A stretch of 42,109 nt of DNA, taken from contig JBAXOY010000010.1 in assembly GCA_037133055.1 (NCBI GenBank), positions 1 through 42,109 of the forward strand. Reading direction: 5' to 3'. Positions 9,193 through 18,268 of this stretch are shown here, in pieces (position 1 is the stretch's first letter; each line of letters opens with the position of its first letter). A model generated the notes under the pieces. That model was not told the origin of the DNA and made no database searches. It worked only from the letters and a program-made list of their open reading frames with translations. This DNA comes from Chlamydiota bacterium. GTDB lineage: Bacteria; Auribacterota; Tritonobacteria; UBA1439. The position numbers and the translations under genes are program-made.

Positions 9193-10923
9193 ATGAAACG
9201 CGCGCTCGAATGGATCGCGGTCGCCGCCGTTCTCGCCCTCGCCGCCGCTCTCCGCTACGTGGACCCGGCGAACCTCGCGGATCTCGCCATCATCCCCGAC
9301 TCGGCGCAGTACACCGTGGGGGGATGGAACCTCGCCCACGGCAGGGGGCTCTGGATCTACATCAACGACCTGAAACTCCCCCTCCAGTACCCGTGCGGAT
9401 TTTCCCTCATCCTCTCGATCTTCTACTTCGCGACGGGCGCCGCGCTGCACCAGGGGATCTACATCGTGCTCCTGTTCGCCCTCGCGTCGATACTCCTCGC
9501 CTACCTGTTCGCGCGGCGGGTCTACGGCAGGAAGATCGGGCTCCTCGCGGCGGCGCTCCTTGCCGTCGCCCCCTCGTGCGTCGGGTACAGCCAGGTCCTC
9601 ATCAGCGACATGGTCTCCAATACCTTTATCGTGGCGGGGCTCTGGCTCGCCTGGAGCGCCGCGGCCCGGGAGGAATCCCGCGGAGGAGAGTGGGCCTGCG
9701 CGGGGATCTTCTGCGGTTTCTCCGCCACGGTGCACATGCTGAGCGGGCTCACGATTATTCCCCTGTGCGCGGCGTGCCTGTGCGGCCGGCGCGCCGCGGC
9801 CCCGCTTCTCTGCGCGCTCGGGGGATTCGCGGTCGGCCTCGCGCCCGTGCTGGTCTACAACGCCGTGGCCTTCGGGAACCCGCTTCGCACGGGATACGAC
9901 TACTGGGCGCGATGGGGCGAGGGGCAGCACAACTTCTCTCTCAGCTACGCGCTGCGGAACACCGCCGTCTCCGAGCGCGGGGACGGGCGCGGCAACATCG
10001 GGTTCTTCATCTGGCATTTCCTGGGGAGGAGCTGGCCCACGCTCTTCGCCCCGTATTTTATGACCATCCTGCCCTTCGCCGCAGCCGGCGCGGGGGGCGG
10101 GGTGATCGCCACACGCCGGTCGGCGGCGGCGCCGATCGCCGCCCTGATGGTCGCCGTGGCGGCGTGCGCGCTCGCCTTCCCCCTGGCGCCCTGGGTGAAC
10201 GCGCCGCTCCTCGCCGCGGCCGCTGCGGCGCTCTGGTTCCCCGCCCCCCGCCCGGCAAACCGGGGCGAGCGCCTCTTCTCGCTTTTCGCCGCCCTGCTGA
10301 TCGGGGCCGTGGTCCTGGCCCTCTTCTGCTACAGCTTCCAGATGTCCAAGTTCCTCATCCCGATCGTCCCGGTTGTGTGCATCCTCGCCGCACGCGGCAT
10401 CGCGCTCCTCGCCGGGGAGTGCAGGGGCTCAGGCATCCGCCCCGTCCTCATGCGCATCCCCGCGGCGGCCCTGCTCGCGCTCACCGCGTGGGGCTGCGTG
10501 CTGCCGTTTGCCCGGGGGCACTTCTCGCATGTCCCGTTCCCGTGGCGGTGGTACGAGGGGATGGAGGTGCTCGACCGCATCGCCCCTCCGGACGCCATCC
10601 TGATCTCGGGGATAGACGGGGTGTTCGCGACGCACTATTTCGTGCGGGGGACGCGGCGGAGCTACATGCCGATCTCCCGTGACCCCGAGTACATCCGCCA
10701 GAGGAGATTGCCCCTCACGGTTGCCGTGGAGGACCAGGCATATCTCGCGGCCGCGGCGGCGGGCGGAAAGAAAGTCTATATGGACGGCTACACGTATCTC
10801 GAGTGGGGCAGGTACAGGGCGGCGATGGAGCGGAACTTCGTCTTTGTCCCGGTCGCGCCGTACTGCGGCGCGGCGCTGCATATCTTTGAGCTCCGGCCCC
10901 ATGTGCCCAGTCCAACCTCGTAG
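9193..10923 (+). CDS. GT39/PMT-like membrane glycosyltransferase
   Basis: The true start is ATG 9193 (MKRALEW), inside the 1044-aa track ORF. PDSAQY motif, YP.GFS, YNAVAFGNPLRTGY, multiple TMs. TATACT at 9174-9179. Confidence 0.8.
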   Translation: MKRALEWIAVAAVLALAAALRYVDPANLADLAIIPDSAQYTVGGWNLAHGRGLWIYINDLKLPLQYPCGFSLILSIFYFATGAALHQGIYIVLLFALASILLAYLFARRVYGRKIGLLAAALLAVAPSCVGYSQVLISDMVSNTFIVAGLWLAWSAAAREESRGGEWACAGIFCGFSATVHMLSGLTIIPLCAACLCGRRAAAPLLCALGGFAVGLAPVLVYNAVAFGNPLRTGYDYWARWGEGQHNFSLSYALRNTAVSERGDGRGNIGFFIWHFLGRSWPTLFAPYFMTILPFAAAGAGGGVIATRRSAAAPIAALMVAVAACALAFPLAPWVNAPLLAAAAAALWFPAPRPANRGERLFSLFAALLIGAVVLALFCYSFQMSKFLIPIVPVVCILAARGIALLAGECRGSGIRPVLMRIPAAALLALTAWGCVLPFARGHFSHVPFPWRWYEGMEVLDRIAPPDAILISGIDGVFATHYFVRGTRRSYMPISRDPEYIRQRRLPLTVAVEDQAYLAAAAAGGKKVYMDGYTYLEWGRYRAAMERNFVFVPVAPYCGAALHIFELRPHVPSPTS

Positions 10924-10955
10924 GTTGGCCTTCGGGCCAACCTACGAGGTTGGAC
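10910..10955. repeat. Perfect 21-bp inverted repeat with cTTCGg loop, REP-like (GTAG)
   Basis: gtccaacctcgtaggttggcc-ttcg-ggccaacctacgaggttggac. It contains the TAG stop of the upstream gene. Confidence 0.9.
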
Positions 10956-10971
10956 AAAAAAGGGGAAAATA

Positions 10972-12060
10972 GTGCGAAAAGGCGAGTGTAGCACGGCGGC
11001 GAAGGGGCTGTGCGCGCTTTTGGGCGCGGTGGTATTCTGCGCCCTCGCGGGCGAGATCTGCCTGCGCCTGTTCGCCCCCTTCCCCGATTACACCGCGGGA
11101 ACCATCCACTCCTTTCCCGATCGCTACCACCCGTTTTTCGGCTACACGGGAATCCCGAACCTGGACACGACGTTCACCCTGCCCGATTTCACGCACCGCG
11201 TGCGGAACAACTCCCGCGGTTTCAGGGACCGGGAGCGGGCGTACGAGAAGGGCGGGAAGCGCCGGATCGTTGTCATCGGCGATTCCACGGCCTGGGGATG
11301 GGGAGTGGATGCCGAAGAGAGGTTTTCCGACATCATGGAGCGGAGGCTCAAGGGGTGGGAGGTCATCAACCTCGCGCAGGCGGGCTATTCGACGGACCAG
11401 GAGCTCCTGCTCCTCGAGAGCGATGGGCTCGCCTATCGCCCGGAGGTCGTGCTGCTCCTCTTCGACCGGAACGACGTCGCCGAGGGAAACAATGCGAAGG
11501 TCATCGACGGGATGCAGCCGAAACCATGGTATGAGGATAAGGATGGCGCGCTGGAAATCCGGGGCGTGCCCGTCCCGTGCGACCCCGCGTACTGGGCGAA
11601 GAAAGCGGCGCTCGCCCGGACCTACGGCGGGCCGCCGTCTCAGGGCGCGTGGGAGCGGTTCCGGGACGGGGTGCTCACGCGGTCCCAGCTCTATAACTGG
11701 ATCTCGTTCCGCATCGCCCACCCCGCGTGGAGAAGAGAAGGAGAGGAGGAGAAACCGGGGGACCCGAAGGTGATCGAGGAGCGGTTCGGGCTCACGAAGA
11801 AACTCCTCGCGCGGATGAACCGGCTTTGCTCGGGGCGCGGGGCCCGCCTGGTGATCGCCGACGTGCCCTCCGCGTACACGCCCCTCCTCGCGCGCTTCTG
11901 CCGGGATGAGAAGATTCCGTACCTCGACCTCCGCCCCGCCCTCGAGGGGAGGCTGAGGCCGGTCATGCACCGCCGGGTGGGGCACTGGAACCGCTACGGG
12001 CACCGGCTCGTCGCGGATGCGGCGGTCGATTTCCTGAACAGGAACGGGCTGCTGGGGTAG
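10972..12060 (+). CDS. Membrane-anchored SGNH/GDSL hydrolase (possible polysaccharide O-acyl modifier)
   Basis: N-terminal TM with GEICLR, NSRGFRD, block I GDS (IGDSTAWG), NLAQAGYSTDQ, block III ND, GHWN..GH. Confidence 0.85.
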   Translation: MRKGECSTAAKGLCALLGAVVFCALAGEICLRLFAPFPDYTAGTIHSFPDRYHPFFGYTGIPNLDTTFTLPDFTHRVRNNSRGFRDRERAYEKGGKRRIVVIGDSTAWGWGVDAEERFSDIMERRLKGWEVINLAQAGYSTDQELLLLESDGLAYRPEVVLLLFDRNDVAEGNNAKVIDGMQPKPWYEDKDGALEIRGVPVPCDPAYWAKKAALARTYGGPPSQGAWERFRDGVLTRSQLYNWISFRIAHPAWRREGEEEKPGDPKVIEERFGLTKKLLARMNRLCSGRGARLVIADVPSAYTPLLARFCRDEKIPYLDLRPALEGRLRPVMHRRVGHWNRYGHRLVADAAVDFLNRNGLLG

Positions 12061-12063
12061 GGT

Positions 12064-13713
12064 GTGATGAAAGGTCCCGGAATGCAGAAACCGGCGGACT
12101 ATTCGGCGCTCCTCGTCAGGCTGATCGCGGTCGCCGCGGTCGCACTCGTCTTCGCGCCGTACGTCTGGGGGCATTTCCACGAGCCCCCCGGCATGGTGTT
12201 CATGGGCTTCGCCGACCACCCGTACGACCAAAACGTCTACCTCTCCTACATCCAGCAGGCGTCCGAGGGCAAATTCTTCATCCGCCGCGACCACACCCTC
12301 GAGCCCCAGCGTCCGCTCTTCTTCAACCCGTTCACCTGGGTCATGGGGCAGGCGGTGCGCCTGTTACGGGTGACGGCGCTCCAGGTGTATTACGCCGCCA
12401 TCGCCCTCTACGCCTTTCTCCTCTTTTGGGTCATCTACTGGTTCATCAGTTTTTTCATCGCCGATCGCCGCGCGCGTGTGTTCGCCTTCGCCCTCTGCGC
12501 GTTTTCGTCGGGCCTCTGCTGGCTGATACCCTACCGGGAGTGGCTCGTCCTCGCGTCCCGCTCGCCGATTGAGGGACATAACCTCATCCCGATCGACTAC
12601 TGGATCGCCGAAACGATCACCTTCGAGACGATACTCTCGGTGCCGCAGAAGGCCGCGACCGCCCTGCTCATGTTGCTGGCCTTCGGGTTCTTTCTCAAGG
12701 CGTCCGGGGAAAGGACGGTGGCGCGCGGAATCGCCGGGGGGCTCGCCGTCTTCGCCCTGAGCCTGGTGCACCCCGTCGATGTCGTCCCCGTCGCCGTCGT
12801 GATCGCCGCGTGCGCGGCCGTCGCGCTCATACGGTTCAGAAACGCCGCCCCGCGGGCCGCCGCCGCAGGCGCCCTCATCGCGCTCACGGCGCTCCCCGCC
12901 TTCCTTTACATGGTGTATCTCTTCAGGACGGAGCCGGTCTTCATCGAGTGGTCGAAGGAGAAGTTCATCTCGCCCCACCCGCTGAGCTACGTGATCGGGT
13001 ACGGCCTGGTGCTCTTCCTCGCGGTCCCGGAGATCGTGTGGATCGTCAGGAGGGGGCGATTCCCGGACTGGCTCCCCGCGGTGTGGGCCGTCGCCGTGGC
13101 GGCGCTCCTCTACGCGCCGCTCTCGTACCAGCGGCGCCTCTCGACCGGCGTGCATGTCGCCCTCTGCGTGCTCGCGACGCGGTTCGTCTTCCGCAGCGTC
13201 CTGCCGGCGCTCCGGAAAATTTTTGCCGCGGGGTGGGGCCCGCGGGTCGAGGGTGCGGCCCTCGCGGCGCTCGTCATCGCGACTGCGCCCGCCAATTTCG
13301 TGAAGGTCGCCCTCTGCATCCGGGACATGCGGGCGAACCCGCTCGAATTCTATCTCCCCCAGGGGGATGTCGAGGCGATGCGGTGGATGCGGGGGCGGCA
13401 CAACGAGGACGCCGCCGTGCTTTCGACCTACAAGAGCGGGCTCTATCTCCCGGCCTACACCGGCAACCGGACCTACGTCGGGCACTGGTCGGAGACGCTC
13501 AGATTCAACGAGAAGGCGCGGACGGCGGAGTGGGCGCTCTTCGCCCCCGGGGATGAGGCGGCAAAACGGGAATTCATGAAACAGCAGGGGATCCGCTACG
13601 TATACTTCGGGAACTTCGAGCGGATGCGGGGGCGGTTCGCCCTCGAGGGGGCGCCGTACCTCGAGGAGATCTACAAACGGGGCGGCGTTTCGATCTACCG
13701 GGTGGCGTGGTGA
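12064..13713 (+). CDS. GT-C-like polytopic membrane protein
   Basis: DQNVYLSYIQQASEG first-loop motif, HPVD, C-terminal LPAYTGNRTYVGHWSET..IRYVYFG..E domain. Alternative ATGs at 12067 and 12082. Confidence 0.75.
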   Translation: MMKGPGMQKPADYSALLVRLIAVAAVALVFAPYVWGHFHEPPGMVFMGFADHPYDQNVYLSYIQQASEGKFFIRRDHTLEPQRPLFFNPFTWVMGQAVRLLRVTALQVYYAAIALYAFLLFWVIYWFISFFIADRRARVFAFALCAFSSGLCWLIPYREWLVLASRSPIEGHNLIPIDYWIAETITFETILSVPQKAATALLMLLAFGFFLKASGERTVARGIAGGLAVFALSLVHPVDVVPVAVVIAACAAVALIRFRNAAPRAAAAGALIALTALPAFLYMVYLFRTEPVFIEWSKEKFISPHPLSYVIGYGLVLFLAVPEIVWIVRRGRFPDWLPAVWAVAVAALLYAPLSYQRRLSTGVHVALCVLATRFVFRSVLPALRKIFAAGWGPRVEGAALAALVIATAPANFVKVALCIRDMRANPLEFYLPQGDVEAMRWMRGRHNEDAAVLSTYKSGLYLPAYTGNRTYVGHWSETLRFNEKARTAEWALFAPGDEAAKREFMKQQGIRYVYFGNFERMRGRFALEGAPYLEEIYKRGGVSIYRVAW

Positions 13714-13795
13714 AGGACGATGCGAAAAAAGTCGTGGACAGATGCGCGGCGTGCTACACTGGGCGCCGGGGTTGGACAGACAGAGGGGTGGGGGT

Positions 13796-14542
13796 ATGAA
13801 CGGGGCAGGGCAGGGGGGCCGTCACGGGCTGACGCTCCTGGGCATGATGCTCGCGGCCGGGATGATCGTGTCGACCATCGTGGCCTCGCGGAGCATCGAG
13901 AAGATCAAGCTCGCGGGCCAGACCATACGGGTGAAGGGCTCGTCGGAGAAGAGGATCGTCTCCGACTGGGCGGTCTGGGACGCGCGGTTCACGGCGCGGG
14001 ACCCGGCCCTCACCGCCGCGTACAAGAAGATCACGCAGGACCTCGAGGCCGTCCTCGCGTACCTCGAGCGCAACGGGGTGTCGCGCGATGCGGTGGGTAT
14101 CTCCTCCGTCTCGACGACCATCCAGCACAAGCCCAACGAGAAGGGGAACCCCACCAACGTCATAGAGGGGTACGTGCTCGAGCAGTCGCTCCAGGTGAAG
14201 TCCGCCGACATCCCGCTCGTGGTGCGCCTCGCGCGGGATTCGACGAGCCTCATCCAGCAGGGGATCGAGTTCTCGTCCTCGCCGCCGAACTACTACTACA
14301 CGAAGCTGAACGACCTGAAAATCTCGATGCTCGGCGAGGCGACGAAGGACGCGCGGGCGCGGGCGAAGGGGCTCGCGAAGAACAGCGGGTGCAAGGTCGG
14401 CGCGCTCAGCTCCGCGAGCCAGGGGGTGTTCCAGATCACCCCGGAGTATTCCACCGAGGTGTCGGATTACGGGGTGTACGACACCGGCTCGGTCAACAAG
14501 TGCGTCAAGGCCCTCGTCACCATGGAGTTCTCCATCCGGTGA
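13796..14542 (+). CDS. SIMPL (DUF541) domain protein
   Basis: N-terminal TM, TIRVKGSSEKRIVSD, YYYTKLNDLKISMLGEATKDARARA, ASQGVFQI. Confidence 0.88.
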   Translation: MNGAGQGGRHGLTLLGMMLAAGMIVSTIVASRSIEKIKLAGQTIRVKGSSEKRIVSDWAVWDARFTARDPALTAAYKKITQDLEAVLAYLERNGVSRDAVGISSVSTTIQHKPNEKGNPTNVIEGYVLEQSLQVKSADIPLVVRLARDSTSLIQQGIEFSSSPPNYYYTKLNDLKISMLGEATKDARARAKGLAKNSGCKVGALSSASQGVFQITPEYSTEVSDYGVYDTGSVNKCVKALVTMEFSIR

Positions 14543-14649
14543 CGCGGGGGGGACTGCCCGGACAACCGGCGCCGTCGCGGGCCGTTGCCCGGGCGGATTC
14601 CCCGGCCTCGATTTCGAGATCCTCCCCCCCCTGAACGTGCTGCAGGGGC

Positions 14650-15765
14650 CTACCGCGTCAGGAACGACTGGGCGTGATAGCGCCTCCCCTTCCAGAGCAC
14701 GCCCCGCCCGCTCACCTTCTTCCAGAACGCCCCCATGAGAATCCCGATGGCCACGGCGCAGCCGAGCGGGTGCGCGAAGATATAGCGCCGGTCCGCCCCG
14801 ATGAAGGCGTACCCGCGCTCGGCGGCGAGATGCATGAGGATGAGCTGGGCGAGCGCGAGCCGCGGCCACCACGGCGCCGCGAGATAGGGGAGGAGGTCGA
14901 ACACGGCCACGCACGCGGCGACGAGCGGGAGCGCCCAGATGAAGTCGCTGAAGACGAGAAAGAATATCCGCTCCCACCCCGTGATGAGCTTCCGCAGCGA
15001 GGTGTACATCCTGCACTCGAACATCTCGCGCCCGCAGAGGAGCCGGAAGCGTATCCCCGCGCGCTTCGCGTTCTGCGCCATGGCGATGTCCTCGAGGGGG
15101 AACGACTGCACGGCCTCGTGCCCGCCGATGCGCGCGTACGCGTCCCGCCTGATGAGTAGATACTGCCCGTTGGCGAACGCCGTCCGTGACCGGTCCCGGT
15201 TGACCCGCGGGAGCGGAAAGAGCATGAACAGCATGATGCCGACGATCGGCTGGACGGTCTTCTCCCAGAACCCCTCGCAGGCCGGACGCGGGAGCAGGGA
15301 GAGGGCCCCGACGCCGTTCCTGAGCGCCCAGGCGAGCGGGACCTGGATCGAGAGGGGCGAGTGCACGGTGTCGGCGTCGGTGAAGAGGAGCCAGTCGCCG
15401 CGGGCCTCCCGCGCGGCCACGGCGAGGGCGTGGCTCTTTCCCGCGCACCCCTCGGGCAGGGAGGGGATCCTCACCGCCCGCACGGACGGGAACTGCTCCC
15501 GGAGTATCTCCGGTGTCGCGTCCTCGGAGCGGTCATCGGCGACGATGATCTCATAGCGGGGGTAGCGCTGGCCGAGGAGGGATCCGAGACAGCGCGCGAT
15601 GGCCCGTTCCTCGTTCCGCGCCGCGACGAGCACCGAGACAAGGGGGGCGTCGGAGAGCGGCTCCCGCAGGGAGGGGTCGGAGAGCCGGTTCATCCACGGC
15701 AGGGTGAGGGACACGAGGTACCGCTTCAGCCAGACCGCGAGGACGAAGAGCATCAAGAGGCGCAT
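14650..15765 (-). CDS. Glycosyltransferase family 2 (HpnB/CrtQ-like)
   Basis: VSVLVAARNEE, DDRSEDAT, GKSHA, FTDADT (DxD), ANGQY, EDIAMA, C-terminal TMs and WKGR. Confidence 0.88.
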   Translation of the reverse strand: MRLLMLFVLAVWLKRYLVSLTLPWMNRLSDPSLREPLSDAPLVSVLVAARNEERAIARCLGSLLGQRYPRYEIIVADDRSEDATPEILREQFPSVRAVRIPSLPEGCAGKSHALAVAAREARGDWLLFTDADTVHSPLSIQVPLAWALRNGVGALSLLPRPACEGFWEKTVQPIVGIMLFMLFPLPRVNRDRSRTAFANGQYLLIRRDAYARIGGHEAVQSFPLEDIAMAQNAKRAGIRFRLLCGREMFECRMYTSLRKLITGWERIFFLVFSDFIWALPLVAACVAVFDLLPYLAAPWWPRLALAQLILMHLAAERGYAFIGADRRYIFAHPLGCAVAIGILMGAFWKKVSGRGVLWKGRRYHAQSFLTR

Positions 15766-15843
15766 GGTGCGGCTATTCTAGCAGGGGAATGGAATCCTGT
15801 CTGCGGTTTCGGATGATGAAGCATAGAATCGACTGCGAAACAA

Positions 15844-16034
15844 TTCAACGTCGGGACGCAGATGAACGCAGATCGTCAGGATGAACGCAAATTGAGGGAT
15901 CAGTTTCTCGTTTCCGGTTAAAAGTGGAAAGGGAAGTTTCGTTGCAATCCGCGTGCATCCGCGTTCAGAAAAATATAGTTGTATCCCTGCCTATCCTGAC
16001 GATCTGCGTTCATCTGCGGGCCACGTTATCGCTG
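15844..16034. repeat. Dispersed GCAGAT/CAGGAT inverted-repeat element, copy 1 (reverse orientation relative to copy 2)
   Basis: 26-bp perfect IR cgcagatgaacgcagatcgtcaggat (15857-15882) / atcctgacgatctgcgttcatctgcg (15993-16018). Inner motif atccgcgtgcatccgcgttc at 15947-15966. Confidence 0.9.
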
Positions 16035-16129
16035 GCTTTTTCCCCTTGCCGGGTGCCGTTATTCGGGGTACTATGGTGCATGGGCACGGGCGGCACGAAA
16101 CCGTCACGCGCGACAGGAGGAACAGTTCC

Positions 16130-16393
16130 ATGGCGAAAAAGATCGCGGCGAGGAAAAAGACGGCGCGCGTGAAATCGGCGAAGCGCAAGGCCCCGGAAGC
16201 CACCGCGCGCGTGAAACCCGCGAAGCGGAAGGCGTCGAACGCGCCGGCCCGCCCGCGGCTCAGTCCGCGCGAGCTCGGCCTGCTGATTCAGAAGACGGCC
16301 TACGAGCTGTACGCGCGGCGCGGTTACATCCACGGGCGCGACTGGGCGGACTGGCTCGAGGCGGAGCGGATCGTCCTGGCGAAGAGGCGCTGA
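16130..16393 (+). CDS. DUF2934 domain protein with Lys/Ala/Arg-rich N-terminus
   Basis: AGGAGG RBS then ATG 16130. IQKTAYELYARRG..HGRDWADWLEAE signature. Confidence 0.85.
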   Translation: MAKKIAARKKTARVKSAKRKAPEATARVKPAKRKASNAPARPRLSPRELGLLIQKTAYELYARRGYIHGRDWADWLEAERIVLAKRR

Positions 16394-16427
16394 CCGGCGC
16401 CGGGGCGCGCGCCGTACGGGCTCATCC

Positions 16428-18179
16428 ATGAAGCTCGGGACGCAGCTTGTCATCATCTTCACCCTGATCATCGTCAGCACGGTCGGGACCATCGGCTTTC
16501 TCTTTTTCAGGACGGTCGAGGCGATCCAGTTCGACCGCCTGCGCGAGACCCTCACCGCATACGCCGCATCCGCCGCGATGCTCATCGACGGCGACCGGCA
16601 CGCCCTCCTCGCCGGGCCCTCGGCCATGTCCTCCCCGTACTACCGCGAGCTCCGCGACAGGCTGCGCCTCTTCATGCGGATCGACCCGCGCATCGCGGAG
16701 ATGTACACCATGGCCCGCTCCGCCAAGCCCGGGTTCTATGTCTTTGTGGTCGACGCCTCTCCGCCCCGCGACAAGGACGGGGACGGGGTCATATCCGAGA
16801 CCGAGAAGCCGGCGGAGCTCGGGGAGGAGTACGACATCTCCGCGCTCCCGGAGATGAGGAAGGCGTTTGACGCCCCGATCGCCGACCTGAAGGTAAACAA
16901 GGACAAGTGGGGCTGGTGGCTCTCGGCCTACGCCCCGGTGTACGATTCCCGGGGGAAGGCGGTCGGAATCGTCGGCCTGGATGTCTCCGCCGACACGATC
17001 AGGCAGCAGCAGACGAGCCTCAAGCGGCTCATCCTGGCGATCAGCGCGGTGTTCCTTGCGCTCGGGCTCATCGCCGCCAACATTTACGCCTACCGTCTCA
17101 CCCGCCCCCTCCGCGCGATGGTCGCGGCGGCGCGCGAGATCGGGAAGGGCAACTACGAGCACCGGATGACCGACGCCCCCCGGAACGAGATCGGGTTCCT
17201 CGCGGGGACGATGAACTCGATGGCGGAGAACATCCGCAGGAGCTTCGACAAGCTCTCCACCCTCAACCGGACCGCGAATATCCTCGCCTCCACCCTGGAC
17301 TCTGAGCAGGCCCTCCGGATCTCGCTCAACCTCGCCCTCGAGGTGACCCGCTCGAGCCGGGGGGTGATCTTCCTCCTCGACCGCACCGACCGGCGCATCG
17401 ACCTCGCGATCAGCGAGGGGATCGAGGGGCTCAGGCTCGACGGGGGCGGATTCCGGGTGGGGGAGACGCGGATCCCCGTCGCGCTTGAGGAAGACCGCGA
17501 GGCGCAGGTGCGGCGGTGGTGCGAGGCGACGGGGTGCACCCAGAGCCTGCCGCTGATGGTCAAGGACACTCTGCGGGGCTATTTCCTCCTGAACCCCGAG
17601 ATCCACGACGAGGAGTACCTCAATACCCTGATGCAGCAGGTCGCATTCGCCATCGACAACGCGCGGCTCTTCCACGACGCGATCACCGACGGCCTCACGG
17701 GGCTCTTCCTGAAGCGGTACTTGGAGATGCAGCTCGACATCGAGGCGCGGCGGGCGCTGCGCAACGGCCGCGACATGACCCTCATGATGATCGACATCGA
17801 CCACTTCAAGAAGGTCAACGATACCTACGGCCATCTCCAGGGCGACGCGGTGCTGCGCGAGGTCGCGCGCGCACTCAAGGCGTGCGTGCGCGACGTGGAC
17901 GTCGTGGCGCGATGGGGAGGCGAGGAGATGGCGATGATCTTCCCCGACACCGGGCTCGCGCAGGCCCGCGCAATCGCGGAGCGGATACTGGGCGAGGTGG
18001 GCGGGAAAAAATTCCCATGCGAGGCGGGGGTCCTCGCCGTGACCGTGAGCATCGGGATCTTCACCCTGCGCGGCGGGACTGCCCTCGCGCCCGAGGAAGC
18101 GATCAGGCGCGCCGATGAGGCGCTCTACCGCGCGAAAAAGGGGGGGAGGAACCGGGCCGAGGCATGGGAGGAGGCGTAA
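16428..18179 (+). CDS. Membrane diguanylate cyclase (sensor-HAMP-GAF-like-GGDEF)
   Basis: Two TMs, HAMP region NEIGFLAGTMNSM, TDGLTGL, DIDHFKKVNDTYGHLQGD, RDVD I-site, RWGGEEM, ADEALYRAKKGGRNR. Confidence 0.92.
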   Translation: MKLGTQLVIIFTLIIVSTVGTIGFLFFRTVEAIQFDRLRETLTAYAASAAMLIDGDRHALLAGPSAMSSPYYRELRDRLRLFMRIDPRIAEMYTMARSAKPGFYVFVVDASPPRDKDGDGVISETEKPAELGEEYDISALPEMRKAFDAPIADLKVNKDKWGWWLSAYAPVYDSRGKAVGIVGLDVSADTIRQQQTSLKRLILAISAVFLALGLIAANIYAYRLTRPLRAMVAAAREIGKGNYEHRMTDAPRNEIGFLAGTMNSMAENIRRSFDKLSTLNRTANILASTLDSEQALRISLNLALEVTRSSRGVIFLLDRTDRRIDLAISEGIEGLRLDGGGFRVGETRIPVALEEDREAQVRRWCEATGCTQSLPLMVKDTLRGYFLLNPEIHDEEYLNTLMQQVAFAIDNARLFHDAITDGLTGLFLKRYLEMQLDIEARRALRNGRDMTLMMIDIDHFKKVNDTYGHLQGDAVLREVARALKACVRDVDVVARWGGEEMAMIFPDTGLAQARAIAERILGEVGGKKFPCEAGVLAVTVSIGIFTLRGGTALAPEEAIRRADEALYRAKKGGRNRAEAWEEA

Positions 18180-18268
18180 GGGGATGCGGGGGAGAAGCCC
18201 CCGGCTGAATTGCGTTCCCCGGCGTTGCGTCCCTTTGCTACACTGTCGGCCCCAGAGGGATTGCGCAC

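Noticed and set aside
10910..10962. Hairpin as an intrinsic terminator
   Set aside because: The A-run lies 3' of the stem on the plus strand, so neither strand has a U-tract after the hairpin.
15953..16129. Shared peptide AYPDDLRSSAG in ORFs 15953+ and 28530-
   Set aside because: It is the translation of the DNA repeat arm, not a protein family. DUF2934 has its own RBS at 16115.
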